Assembly: GCF_037042905.1 (NCBI RefSeq)
Contig: NC_087251.1
Coordinates: 31,808,001-31,872,000 of the forward strand
DNA: 64,000 nt
Origin: Lytechinus pictus
Lineage: Eukaryota
Direction: 5' to 3'
Shown: positions 13,247 through 27,312 of the stretch, one piece after another
Position numbering within the stretch: the first letter of the stretch is position 1
How the letters are laid out: every line of letters begins with the position of its first letter
The notes under the pieces: model-generated
Told to the model about the DNA's origin: nothing
The model's database searches: none
What the model saw: the letters and a program-made list of their open reading frames with translations, nothing else
Position numbers and translations under genes: made by a program

Positions 13247-14146
13247 AAACACGTGGAACGCCTCTGGCAGTCCTGCCTGCATTACGCGATTCAATACAGC
13301 AGCAGTGCTGACTTTGAAAATGACTATAAAATATCTATTACAAAAAAACACCATTCATGTAATAATAAAGATACATTCATTGACCCTAAATTACATTTGA
13401 CCTAAGACTTGTGACCTAAGACTTGTGCAAGATGATCAAAGATACTTGATTACCCATATGTCTGCATTTCGTAAACTATACCCATAAACTTTAAAAGTTA
13501 TGATGGCAATTCAACAATTATCCCCAAACATGGCCAAAGTTCATTGACCTTAAAATTTTAAATGACGTTTGACCTTGATCATATGAACTGAAACTTAAGC
13601 TGGGTGTTCAGTAATACTTGATTATCCTTATGTCCAAGTTTCATGAACTAGGTCCATATACTTTCTAAGTTATGATGACATTTCAAAAACTTAACCTTAG
13701 GATAAGATTTGATGTTGATTCCCCCAACGTGGACTAAGTTTATTGACCCTAAATGACATTTGACCTTGGTCATGTGACCTGAAACTCAGGCAGGATGTTA
13801 AGTAATACTTGAATCCCCTTATGTCCACGTTTCATGAACTAGGTCCATATGCTTTTTAAGTTTTGATGTCATTTCAACAACTTAACCTTAGGTTAAGATT
13901 TGATGTTGATTCCCCCAACATGGTCTAAGTTTATTGACCCGAAATGAAATTTGACCTTGGTCATGTGACCTGAAATTCAGGCAGGATGTTCAGTAATACT
14001 TGATTCCCCTTACATGTATGTCCACATTTCATGAACTAGGTCCATATACTTTTTAAGTTATGATGTCATTTCAAAAACTTAACCTTGGGTTAAGATTTCA
14101 ATGTTGGCGCCGCCTATAGTATTGCTCTGCTATGCAGGCAAGACAA
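13247..14146. mobile_element. HINE-like element, second copy (~191 bp units)
   Basis: Same 5' block (GTGGAACGCCTCTGGCAGTC), same tandem unit and same 3' end (CTCTGCTATGCAGGCAAGAC). Degenerate remnants lie at ~28515-28760, ~45660-46330 and ~4250-4272. Confidence 0.75.
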
Positions 14147-16439
14147 CAATGTGGCAAGCCAATTTTTCTGAGAATATTCATCAATTACATTAGCTTTAGT
14201 TGAGATATATGTTGATCAATATCTTAACTACCATTGAAATAGTTTTCTTATAATCTAAATACAGTAATATGCATGTGCATGTATCAGAAAAAACTTGTCG
14301 TTATGCATATTTCAGTCACTCGTATATTACAACTTTATGACACAACCCTTTTTTGGCAGCATCAGTCAGGGCTCAGGCACCAGTCGGGGTTTGACCATGG
14401 ATCTAGGTCCATGGTTTGACTTAGCCCTAAGTTAAAGCTTACATCTCTGTCAATGACACTTCTATCTTGCATCTCTTCTCTCTTTCAGCAACAGATCGTA
14501 CTATACTCTCTACATTCAACTTCTGCTCCTTCTCATCATTTCCAACAACAAAAAAAACAGACTGGCTTCAATTCTTTTTCTATCTCTTCTTCCACATCCC
14601 TAAATCAAATACCCTCCAATTATATGAACCATTACCTCAACTGACCAATTCAAATCTAAGCATCTGAAAAAAACCCACCTAAATTAAATCTTGCTTTATA
14701 CCTGAAACAACACGTTGTGGTTTAAGTATGGGAAGCCAAAAGTATCAAAATTTGTATTAAGTTGTATGTTTCTTATGTTTACTGTGCTCTTTCCTGATTC
14801 ATCGATGGTGAGGACAATCATCTATTTATACTTCCTAGACAATATGAAATATGATATCTCTACTGTTAGTGATTTATGTAACAATTGGCTATCCATACTT
14901 AAACCACAACTTTAAACCTGAGTTTAAGTTAAACCTGACTTCAGAATACGGGCCTTAGTATCCTATCGAAAAAGGCATTATACTCATTTATATAAATATA
15001 ACTAAGAAAAATGTGAACCATAGGTTGCATATTAATCATACTTTGGGGACATACGTGTAACCCCATCTCCAACCAAAATGTTATCAAATTATCTATGATC
15101 CATGCTACTTCTACAATATCAAACATTATTTAAAAAAAAAGAAAAACCTGACATTTATATTAATGATGTCTTTATGCCTAAGGTGCTATGGGACAAGAAT
15201 TGTGAATGACGTCAAACACACAGGCTCACTTCCTTCATATATATGATCCAATCAATAACTTACAAAAAAAAACTATTTTCAGCAGTTTCTATCAATTAGT
15301 CGATTTCATTAATACCACAAGGTTTTAATGTTAATTTGGAATAGGCTTGAAACATAACTTTTTTTTTACCACTTGTGCCTGCCAATGATTTTTTGGCACA
15401 GACTGGGGGTAATGGAACAAAGAAATATACAAGAAATTCAGTGTCACCAAAAACTATGAAATTTAACCATTTTAAAAAACTACATTTACTTTTAAATCTA
15501 ACATCTACATTGAAACTCTCACATTTAATTTCAAAGCTTTACATCTCATCTTTCGTTTTGGTAAATCCTCCACCATTATGACAATTCATTACTAGATTAT
15601 GAGTTTGTATATGCCCTAAAACAGTCATGATTCTAATTCCATTCATCCATATTCAAAACAGAAATATTCCCTCCACTGGCAACACCAGAGACATATCAAA
15701 ATTACTGCATATAAATATTAACAGAAAATATTGAAACACATGTATTGCAAAACAACATGAAAAGGAATTAGCAAAATAGATTACCCTTTAAACTAAAGAC
15801 AGAGAGTGAGAAACAAGTAAATTGAAATATTGCTGAAAACAAAAGTAAACTCTAAGATGGAGGATGGAAGAGACCTTGTGGGGCAGAAGAAGAAGTTAAA
15901 AGGAGATGTGAAAGGTGAAAGATAAAAAAAATAGAAATTTTGTCCTATTGGATAACTTTGGTAATTTCATATCAAAAATTTGTTTTGGAGGGGTGCCAAA
16001 AACATCTGCATATTCTGTTCTTTTATATTCTTAAAAAACACTCAGGCAAGCAACAGGCTGAAAATTTGCTTTTGTGTCAAATGATTTGTAAATTTGGGAA
16101 CATATGCATACAATCTTCATGGTACCCTAGTACAGATAGAAAGGACAGACTATGCAACTGACTTTGAAGTTAATTGTAAATTTCAAAATTAAAAATATAA
16201 TATATAATGGTATAAATATCAAATTGGTTGTATTTTATCCTCTAATGGTTGGCAAGCATTTTGAAACAACAATGAATTCATAAAATGCCGAGCCGTTGTA
16301 TATTATCGCCCATCACCATGTTCAGCAGTATCAATCTCTTGTGCTGATACATCACACATCTGTATTCTTATGCCAATCACAATCTATCACCACTTGTGTG
16401 ACATTTGTGCTATATAGATAACATGTCACGATAACATCA

Positions 16440-16715
16440 GGGCCCCGTCTTACAAAGAGTTACGATTGATCCGATCAACCTCAACTATATGGAAATCCAT
16501 CATTGTCATCATTTCTTTCTACAAGAAATTTATACAATGTCCTATGTGAACTAAGAGAAGCAGAGAGAATTTTCAACAAACTGATGATTGTATGAATATA
16601 CATTATTATATCTAGATAATATTTCGATCAAACACGCATGTTAGATATTGATGTTGCTGGCTTTCCATAGTTGTGGTTGATCGTATCAATTGCAACTCTT
16701 TGTAAGACAGGGCCC
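16440..16715. mobile_element. Palindromic MITE (GGGCCCCGTCTTACAAAGAGTT family)
   Basis: Long TIRs. A second copy in opposite orientation lies at ~39920-40191. Confidence 0.75.
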
Positions 16716-18061
16716 TGAATGGCATTGATCACCAATGGTTGTAAATGAGCGGTGCTTTGATTGTACATGTACATACTGTACACTGCAGTATCATTTGTAT
16801 TGTGACGTAACACCACGTCAAAATGGACAATGAATGTGCATTGGCGCACATCAATTGTTACATTGCTGTCAATAAGGAACATAAAACATAAAAGATCACA
16901 TGTGATGATAATGTGTGAATAACATGTTACTGATCAACACTGGTGATTGATAGCATTATTATACACCGTGAGTAGTGATAACATCTGAAAATACATGTAT
17001 TCCTTATCAATGAAAATAATTAATTGAAAAAACATGCTCCAATTTCAGATCAATTGTTTCAGCTATTTCAAATAGTCCATCCTACATGTATATAAGCCCT
17101 ACCCCAAGAAAGGAAAATATTCTTCTAATGTAACAGAAATATCTAAAATGGACAATTATTTCAATTAAACACAATCACAATGATGAAAACAAACTTAAAC
17201 AATCAAAGATTATAAGTACTATTAAAGTATTTAAAAAGTACATGTGAATTATCTATTTGCTTCCAACCAAACTGCATTGCATTCCTTTCAATATATTCTC
17301 ACACAAATTCATTAAGTCATGATAATGTTATTTCCAACCCATCTACTCATTGGTGTCCCTCTATAAAGCATTAATGACCTTATAAAATCCCCCCACGCAC
17401 ATGAGATCCACTTGGGATAACTGAATTACAGAACTATTGATATAGGTATGAAATTGCATTGAGAGGCATAAACCAATTGCAAAGTGTAGAGAAATTGATG
17501 TTGGAGCCAGTCAAGCTTGCTGCGAGCAGAAAGGCATTGACAGTGTGATGTACCAAGTATATATAGAGTCGTACGTTATACACAGTCTTCAAGATGATTG
17601 AGGTGGACAGATACCCCTTTACGGATTGTCATGCACGTTGCTCCGTGCGAGATGCAAGCTTCTGTGATAACCCATACTGATTCATATGCCTTGTATAATT
17701 TAAATAAGCGGAAATTACATCACATTTTCATGGTCAATCACTTAAAATCAACTAAACATTGGAATTTTATAAAGTTAAGAAGGGAAAATGAGGAAGAAAA
17801 AAAAAGATCCAATGGAACTGAAAGAATATGTACACACAGAATGTAGGGAGAGGAAATTATATTTTTGTGCAATTCTAAACAGTTCTATCCATGTCTTCAC
17901 CAATGAGAATGCTGGTGATGTCATATTCTAGCTCATTCTTTTATATTTCATTATATGAAATTATAATCAAATTTCGTCCTCCAATATTGCAAAAATTGGA
18001 CTGACTATTGATTTAAAGATAATCTATTTCAGGGAGACATTTCTACAAACAAAATATTGTT

Positions 18062-18422
18062 TGATGATAAAGATGATGAAGATGTTGCCAGATTATGAGG
18101 AGAAAGAGGAGGAGGATGATGATGATAATGATGATGATGATGATGGTGATAGTGATGTTGATGAATGATGATGATGACGATGACGATGATGAAATGATTG
18201 TGATGATGAGATGGTTGTGATGATAATGACAAGATTATTGTGATAATGATGATAATGATATAATTGTGGATAATGATGAGAAGACTGTGATGGGATGTAA
18301 TGAGTACGATGATCATGGTGATAATGATGATGATGATTACTGTTATGGTGATGGGATGATTGTGATGATTGTGATGATCATGAGAAGGAGAACGATGACG
18401 ATGATAGCAATGACGATGCTGA
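18062..18422. repeat. Degenerate (GAT)n microsatellite
   Basis: Visible trinucleotide repeat. Confidence 0.9.
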
Positions 18423-18940
18423 CACATCCAAAACCAATCCTCTGTTGGAAATTGACTCTCCTAAGCTCAAACATTGTGTATGGGTTTAAATTATTCAAGC
18501 CTCAAGCGAGCCCTAAATGCACTGCAATGCATCAGTGGACTCTGTTTGAAGTGGCCCACAAGTAGAGGACCCAGTAGCATTTGTTAACAGTCAAATTCAC
18601 GGCAATGTTTTCTAAATACACAGACCTGGTTTACCATGCTCACGTCACATTTGCCTCATGGTGATACATGATCCAGAAATCATTTAATTTTAATCCATGC
18701 TAACCTCTGTTAATTCAAAACTAATCATTCGTTATCTTGTTGTATTATCATAGATCTGAAGGGGTTAATAATTGATCACATACATGTAAAGTCATTTTTT
18801 TAAATGAACGTACACCTAGTCACTCTTACTTCCAACATCCATTCTCTTTCTTTTCCATCAACATCAACCCCTAGATTTTAATATAATTTTTGTACAGCAC
18901 TCTTCTACAGGTGAGGATTCCCTCCTTCCACAATTAAATC

Positions 18941-20720
18941 AAGTGGCATCATGAGCCCAAAAAATTTAGGGGGGCCAGATATGGAGTATCAGGCAAAATT
19001 TATAAAAAGTTGTGAGTGAGCGAAGCGAGCGAGCAAAAATGTTGACATTTTTATTTAGACAAGTGGAGCGCCTCTGGCAGTCTCACCTGCATTGCGTGAT
19101 TCAATATAGCAGCAGTGCAGACTTTGCAAACTACTATAAAATAATTATTCACAAAAACACCATATAATGATACAATACTACGTTCATTGACAATAAATGA
19201 CATTTGACCTTGATCATGTGACCAAAGTCTTGTCAGTGATACTTGATTCCTCCTGATGTCCACATTTCATAAACTATGTCCATAAACGTTGAAAGTTATG
19301 ACGGCAATTTAAGAATCACCTCCAACATGGCCAAAGTTCATTGACCTTAAATGACCTTTGACTTTGGTTACATGACCTGAAACTCGCACAGGATGTTGTT
19401 CAGTGATACTTGATTACTCATGTCCAAGTTTTATGACTTGACCAATACACTTTCAGAGTTATGATGGTAATTCAACAAATACCCCCAATATGGCCAAAGT
19501 TCATTGACCTTTAATGACCTTTGACTTTGGTCATGTGACCTGAAACTCGCACAGGATGTTCAGTGATACTTGATTACTTTTATGTCCAAGTTTTATGAAT
19601 CAGATCCATAAACTTTCAAAGTTGTGATGGTAATTAAACAAATACCCCCAACTTGGCCAAAGTTCATTGACCCTAAATGACCTTTGACCTCAGTCATGTG
19701 ACCTGAAACTCGCACAGGATGTTCAGTGGTACTTGATTACTCTTATGTCCAAGTTATATGAATCAGATCCATAAACTTTCAAAGTTGTGATGGTAATTAA
19801 ACAAATACCCCCAACTTGGCCAAAGTTCATTGACCCTAAATTACCTTTGACCTTGGTCATGTGACTTGAAACTCAGGCAGGATGTTCAGTGATACTTGAT
19901 TACTTTTATGTCCAAGTTTTATGAATCAGATCCATAAACTTTCAAAGTTAAGATGGTAATACTCGCAACTTGGACAAAGTTCATTGACCTTAAATGACCT
20001 TTGACCTCAGTCATGTGACCTGAAACTCGCACAGGATGTTCAGTGATACTTGATTACTCTTATGTCCAAGTTATATGAATCAGATCCATAAACCTTCAAA
20101 GTTGTGATGGTAATTAAACAAATACCCCCAACTTGGCCAAAGTTCATTGACCCTAAATGACCTTTGACCTTGGTCATGTGACTTGAAACTCAGGCAGGAT
20201 GTTCAGTAATATGTTATTACCCTTATGGCCAAGTTTCATGAACTAGGTCCATACACTTACAAAGCTATGATTACATTTCAAAAACTTAACTTTAGGTTAA
20301 GATTTTGATGTTGATTCCCCAACACGGTCTAAGTTCATTGACCCTTAAATTACCTTTGACCTTAGTCATGTGACCTGAAACTCACACTAGATGTTCAGTA
20401 ATACCTGATTAACCTTATGTCCAAGTTTCATGAACTAGGTCCATATACTGTCATTTGAAAAACTTAACCTTTGGTTAAGATTTGATGTTGACGCCGCCGT
20501 TGGAAAAACTCACCTATAGTCTCACTCTGCTATGCAGGTGAGACAAAAATCAAATTTTGTGATAGTTTTTTACATAATATTCAGAAAATAATGTCTCACC
20601 CTTCTCTCTTTCCTTTTCTCTTTTTTTCCTTGGTCATGAAAATAGGGGCGGAGGGAGGTGGGGCAAGTGCCTCCAAAGGCCCGCACCCACCCCCCCCCCC
20701 CCCCCATCCGTATGCCAGTG
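18941..20720. mobile_element. hAT-like MITE interrupted by the HINE
   Basis: Left part AGTGGCATCATGAGCC...GGGGGCCA and right part ...CCCCCATCCGTATGCCAGTG align to the intact copy at 55693-55895. Confidence 0.6.
19058..20547. mobile_element. Helentron-associated (HINE/DINE-like) element with an internal tandem array
   Basis: Subterminal inverted repeat GTCTCACCTGCAT (~19080) / ATGCAGGTGAGAC (~20532), a terminal hairpin and an A-run end. About 8 tandem units of ~155-190 bp (GACCTTGGTCATGTGACCTGAAACTC...). Confidence 0.75.
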
Positions 20721-21663
20721 GCAGTGCTTAAATCACATGGTATCCTATGAAATCTGCACACATGGGAATTTGTGACTGAAATATTACAAATATCATAACT
20801 TCAGATCAGACGATCGTGAGTCAAGTGTAATAATATAATATTCATATTAACTTTGATTTTCCTATCTGATTTGTATTTTTCTTCTTCTCCTTCCATGGAT
20901 TAACATGGCAATGCTCAAAGCATCAAGTTCTGTGAGCATGCCTGATGATTCTACATGGATGACATTTGGCATTTAGGGCTGAATGTGAGAAGGGGAGGGA
21001 GAGAAGGCACGACTATGGGCTCAGTGCTAAATGTAATGGTGAATGTATTGAAAGCATTCGGGTAGTACCATCACTGCTTACACCATGTAGCATATCAATG
21101 CTTGGCACTGAAAAAAACACCCAATTATCCATTCTCCTAACCTTGATCCATTTTATGAGACCTATTTTTCATACTTAGTACTTGATTTCTTTGTCCTTTG
21201 AATCAATGCGTTATATTATTCAAAATGTATTCAAGACATTTGTTAAACAATATGTCTGAATGTTTGAAGACTGAAGTATGTTATTGAATGTCAACAGAGA
21301 CATGAGGGAATAGTGCTGTCAGTTGATTTTTGTAAGCAACCATGGTAACAGGTCCCATGACATTTGCTCGGGCAACAATTGCTTTGCTATACATTCCACA
21401 TATTAATCGAATGACTGAACTTCAACCCTGGATTTAACACTACACCCTGCCCTACACCTAATAAACAAGAAATCTTTAACCCTACTGCAACCCTAGCCCT
21501 ACATATTAGACAAAATCCAGAGCAATTGTTGCAGGAGCACATGCTGTGTCACCTGTAAAACAGTTTGAATTTGGTAGATGAAGATGGAATTCTTCACAGA
21601 TCCTATTCATAGATTAGGAAAATTGTTGAATCTTACAAGTTGCCCTGCACATTATGCGGTTCC

Positions 21664-21902
21664 CACTGTAATAACTGTGGTGTTAAAACTTACACCAGTT
21701 GGTGTTAATAGAGGACCACACCCTGAGGTGTTAAAATGATACCCTAAGGATTGAACATAACACCAAAGAGTGTAAATGTAACAACCAAATGTGTTGAAAT
21801 AACACCTAAAGGTGTTAAACTAACACTGTCAATTTAACAACGGTGTAAAATAACTGGTGTGGTCCTCAATGTACACCGGTTAACACCACAATTTTTGCTG
21901 AG
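21664..21902. mobile_element. CAC-terminated MITE with TGTTAA/TAACACC subrepeats (CACTA-like)
   Basis: CACTGTAATAACTGTGGTGTTAA...TTAACACCACAATTTTTGCTGAG. Confidence 0.65.
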
Positions 21903-24900
21903 CATGAACATTTCCACTCTGTCTGGTAAAGGAAGTACAGGGTTTTGCTATGAACTTCTGGCTAGTCAAACCAGTCTGTCAGAGCCGAGATTAAGAAACA
22001 AACAGAGCAAATAATTCATTACAGGAGACCTCGACACATCAATGAAAATTTGATTTGCCCGCAGGAGACCCATCCCTGGTGAGCCAAGCCAGCTATAGAC
22101 CAAACCTGCTTGCCAGCCTGCCCTGGAGTGTGGACATACAACAAGACTGGTAAATATGGACAGCAAATATTCTTATTTAACCGCGTTCCCTTTTCTTACA
22201 AATTAACATCCATGGAATAATGAACATAGATGAAGTATCATAATGACTAGCTTACACATATTTCCTATGCACCATTCATTAGTTCAGTGGGAAATTGAAA
22301 ACATACAAGATACTGTATAGGCCTATACTTGATTTGCTATTAATTATAATTTTGATGTTACATGAGTTAAGATTTAAAGGTCAAGTCCACCCCAGCAAAT
22401 AGTTGATTTGAACAGACGGAGAGAAATCAAACTAGGATAACGCTGAAAATTTCATTAAAATCAGATGTAAAATCATGTGATGTCATTTCAAAGTCTTGCT
22501 TAATTTCAGGAAGCACATCATGGTTAGTGAGAGAATCAATGACATCACACACTCAACAATATAAAAATATACTAGGAATAAGGGGGATTAAGCCCCCCCC
22601 CCCCCATCCAAATTAGCCCCTTAAATGAACAGTCGGTACATACGGAAATATGGATTCAAGGAGACAGAGAAAAAGCTCCCATTCTGCAGAAAACATTTCA
22701 ACTATGATATGTGCATGCATGTCTCAAGGCTGAGATTATTTTTTAGGGGAAAGTTCATTGAAAATAAAGGTGTTTCAAGAAAAGCAGAAAAATACAGAAA
22801 AATATTGGTAAAGCTTCAGCGAATATATCCAAAGACTAATTTAGGAGTAATGATTTGGTTTTTTTTTTTAAATTGAACAGCTGTCCCAAAGAGCATGTAA
22901 TATTGATTCCATACATTTTGTTTTTAATTATGATTACTGAAACTATTTACTTACAGAAAGGTATGAAATGATGTGACCGATTATTTAATGGAGCAAGAGG
23001 GGGAGGAAAATATAGTAATACCATTTTTCAGCTCACATTTCATGATTTCACTTTACCAGAACTAGATCTACTGTGATAGTACAGTGATAATTTTACAGAT
23101 TTTCTCTGTAAAATCTAAAAAAAGACACTAATATGCACACTGCACCTGCGTTACCTCTGCAAGGAGAGAAAATATATCTCACTCAAATTTGAGTACATTG
23201 TTGGTTGCAATACCATGGCAACGAATCTGTGGCTAATTCAAGTAATTGGCAGCCGTCATTGGTAACATTTGCTGTCATTGCGTATTTGTCGATCACCATG
23301 ATTATGTGGTTTGTGTTTGTAGGTGAGTTTAAGGATATTGTGTGTTTCCTTCATGCCAAAAACAAATACAAATTGAGCATCAAAATAGCATGTAATCTTA
23401 AGAAAACAACCAAAACATTGGCATGATCCATTGGAGATAAAAGCACCACTGTATGTGATATAACAAAATGCCCACATTCAAGAAAATTATTTGAGTCCTT
23501 TCCTGGCTCAGTGGCTCTGATTCTGATTGTTTTAAAAAGAAAACATTTTTTAGAAAAAAACATGAATATTAAAACTCCTTTTCTGAGACAACATCCAAAA
23601 TCTTGAATGTAAGAAAAATATTTGACTCTAGAAATAAATTCATTCGCGTTGTACTAGGTTTTCTTCTCATCTGTCTGAAATTGTTTGTCTTAACTTTACA
23701 CTGTTTATTTTTCATATATGTTTGTTATTAGCCCCAATTTGTATCCATGTTGTAGTGCTTCCAACGCTTTGAGTCTTGAAAACAATGTCTGAACAATCCA
23801 TACAGAATACTGCTATAAGAATTTCATAAAACGAAAACACTGCATTTGTAATAGGGCTCTAAGGAGATTGTGTTTCATCACAAAAATGACACATACATGC
23901 CACACTCTTCATACCATGAATGTGAATTAGATTATTCACCTGTATTCACCTTCATGATAGTCACTCCATGTGTGAAAATTGAGGTATTTCTTAACCTGGG
24001 ACGTGACCTACATTTTTCCTATGATAGTGCTCCCATAAAGGACCCAGCACCATGGTTATAAATTATGCAGTTCTACTGTACAGCAGTCTTAGCTATACCT
24101 TAGGATTTAAACAGTACTTAAATGATAAACATATCAAAAAGAAAGACTGGTCTATATTAAAGCATCAGACTTAATTTGCAAAATTTGAATTGACTGAGAC
24201 AGGGGCAAGGACATTGAAACACAAAATTAAAGTTTTAAAAGTAAGGACAGTCCTTTGACATTTTAAATGAGATTTCAATTCATTTTTTTCATTTCATTTA
24301 TCAATTCAACCATTTCTAAAAACAAGATAAATATACAAGGAATATTCAAAGAACAATACAGAAAAAATACAAAGTAGAAAAAAAAGGGTTAGGGAGTCCA
24401 AAGAAGCAAGAAAAACAGGTTGATTATGAAGGGCAAGTATCATAAATATGAAAGAGATAAAAGCAATCGGTAAATACATTCTTACAATAATTATGAAGCA
24501 TAAGACTAGACTATCACCTCTTTTTTCATCTCTTTGCATGATTAGAATTCTCCATGTACCTCCCACCTGTATTTCTAAGTGATCTCTTTTAAAGGGCACG
24601 CCCTCTCAAGATGTCTCAATTCTCACTAAGAAGTAGGTTTTCCCCTTGTGTGTGCATTTGCCAACCCACTCTCGGCACATCTCGACCCCCTGATCCCTTT
24701 CAGCACGTATCTCCTCAGCGTTGCGTTTTTTAAAATTTGATCTGCCAACTCAATTATAATTGACATGTATGTAATGGCACAACATCAACTTCACTCTTCC
24801 CCTGGTGATCTACGGTGGATGATCCAAGGATTAAAGAGACTGAGCTCATCTTCTGATCCGAAATCCCTTTACCTTATCCACATTATGCAAAGCTTTCAGG

Positions 24901-26768
24901 TTATAAGCTGGAATGAGTTTGGCATCAGCAGCAGTGAAATCCTAATACCCCTGCAACATACATGTACAGTATCAGAACACACAGCCTAGCATTGCATCCT
25001 GATATAAATAAGCTGCTTACAAACAGACAAAATATGCAGGAAAGCTACAAATCATTCCTAAAACAGCGCAACCTGATTTTCTGATTAGTAGTAGAAGTCT
25101 ACAGCAGTCGAGGTCAAAGGAACTAGTTCACATTGCACTCTGTGTATTTTTTTTAAATCTGGTAAAGGTGTTAAACTTGTGTTAATTATAAAATATGCTA
25201 ATTACCTCTACGGTACAAACAAATGGGTCAAAAGATCAAATATTGCATGAATCACCAAGCCAAAAGATTATATTGTCGTAATTTAAACCCTTGACCCTTT
25301 TCTCTTTTATTTTTCTATCTGCAATTTTAACAACCTTTCAACATTTAACAATCTCTACCAGAATTACAGTAGTGTCGCAAGAACCTTGTAATTAATACTA
25401 AGTCCATATTCGGTCCAAAAATTGATCATGAATCTTGCAATTAATTGCAAATCTACGCTTAATTACTGGTCAGTCTCTTGTAGAATGAAATAAAAATCAT
25501 TTCCATCTAGATATATCAAAAGTAAATTTGGATCAGAAATTTGTAATTGACGGCGAATATTTTCTTGCAACATCCGCAAGTTTCTCACTCCTTTCCGCTC
25601 TCCCACCATCCCACTTGATATATCTTATTTTCATTCACTGCTTTCACTCTTTCTCCAATGATAGATCTGCACAAATATCCGTTCCCCACCATAACTTCAT
25701 CTTCTGATTCACTCTCACCCCTTCCCTACAGTTCCCCCATTTCCTTCTCCAATACGCTTCTTAATTTCTAATCCCACATCCTCCCCTGCTTCCTTCCCTA
25801 TAGCACTTGTTCCTTGCACAAGAAAGAACAAGCTTACCCTCATTTACCCTAGTCTGCAGGCACAGACCCTGATTGAAACTTTGATCAACAAGTGTGTCTC
25901 CACGCAAAGACTAACACAAACAAAACTTGCTGTTTCAATACAGGCCTTCGGTACACATGGCATAAATAGGCTGCAATTCAGACCCTTTACTCGAGTGAAG
26001 GGTTTGCACAGCAGACTACATTTACCCTATCTAGCTAGACCACAAAGGAAAACAAATGCAGCTACTACATGTGTAGATATAAAAATGCTAGATAATTCAT
26101 TTTATAGAGCTATGGCAGCACATCGATTTGAGGTTCTCAAAAAATTGCATTTAGAATTATATGTATAATCCCTTTATCAAATCCAATAATGAAATGAATA
26201 ATGAAAGAATGTTCAACAACATATACATCAGCAAACTTATACTTTGGGAACTACAATAAACGGCATAGCATTTACAGCATAACATTTCCCATCGATCAAT
26301 AAATTGTATAATTGGATTCAGACGAAATAGGAAATCTTGGGGCCTCCATGGATAAATAGTTCACTTTCACTACCTCACTTTATCTGTTACAAATGATTCT
26401 ACATACAGCTCTTGTATACAAGTCTGCCCCATCTACAATGGGCTTGCGCCATCACATATTATTGCGTCCATTCAGGCAATCGCGTAACACAACCAATCGA
26501 GAAAAGGGCCCCCTAAATTCCTAAAGGTTGGGTCCAGTTTAACTTTACCCGACCCTTTCTATACATAATTTTCACATAACATCAGGTAAGTTGGACCTGT
26601 ACATTCTTACATCTGACTGATAATTTTCACAAAGCGTGGGTTAACTGGACTAGACCTTTCATGAATTTTGAGTGCCCATTTCTTGAATGGTCGGGTTATG
26701 TGATTGACCGACCGGACACGATAACCCGATGTAATGGTGCTAGCCTCCACAATGTCGTGACTATAATA

Positions 26769-27197
26769 CACTCTTAATTTCAAGGATTTTATATAAATCC
26801 AGATCGGCGGTGGATAATGACCAGTATCGACTGCACAAAAACGTTGTTAGCACTAACAATGTGATAACAGAGGCCTTGTTACAAATGGTTATTGTGGCAG
26901 CGATGATACAATGCATGAAATGAATGTTTTGACTTCACAATCCGAAGGATGTGACTGGGATTACTGTTGGCACTTTGTTAGGCTAACAACGTTCCTGTGC
27001 GGGCGGCACAGCTGAATATTAGATTTATTAATCTTAAGGATTAATTTTTAATAATTCAATTTGAATCGAAAGATTCTTAAATTCAAATATTTCAGCTTTA
27101 TATCTAAATTCACAGAGTTCAAATCTAAATCTAATTATCACCTAATCACTATTTACAGCCGCTCTGGATTTATTTCAAGTCCTTGCAATTTGGCGTA
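26769..27197. mobile_element. TA-flanked MITE family X, copy 3, with a nested small MITE at ~26828-27005
   Basis: TA|CACTCTTAATTTCAAGGATTT...AGTCCTTGCAATTTGGCGTA|TA. Inner TIR GCACAAAAACGTTGTTAGC / GCTAACAACGTTCCTGTGC. Confidence 0.75.
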
Positions 27198-27251
27198 TAC
27201 ATCCACTTTGATATAAATTTTGTTGTAGTGTGAAAGGGGGTAAGCACTCAC

Positions 27252-27312
27252 CTTCTGAAGATCCCTGGAGCTCTATGATGACGTGTACCTTCCCAGCAGG
27301 TTCCAGGTCAAT
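27252..27312 (-). CDS. PRKCE: Novel PKC coding exon 2 (IDLEPAGKVHVIIELQGSSE), end of C2
   Basis: Acceptor cctgttttag|ATT and donor G|gtgagt. 61 nt, phase 0 to 1. Matches the PKC-epsilon IDLEPEG.V.V.I.L.GS motif. Not in the ORF track. Confidence 0.95.
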
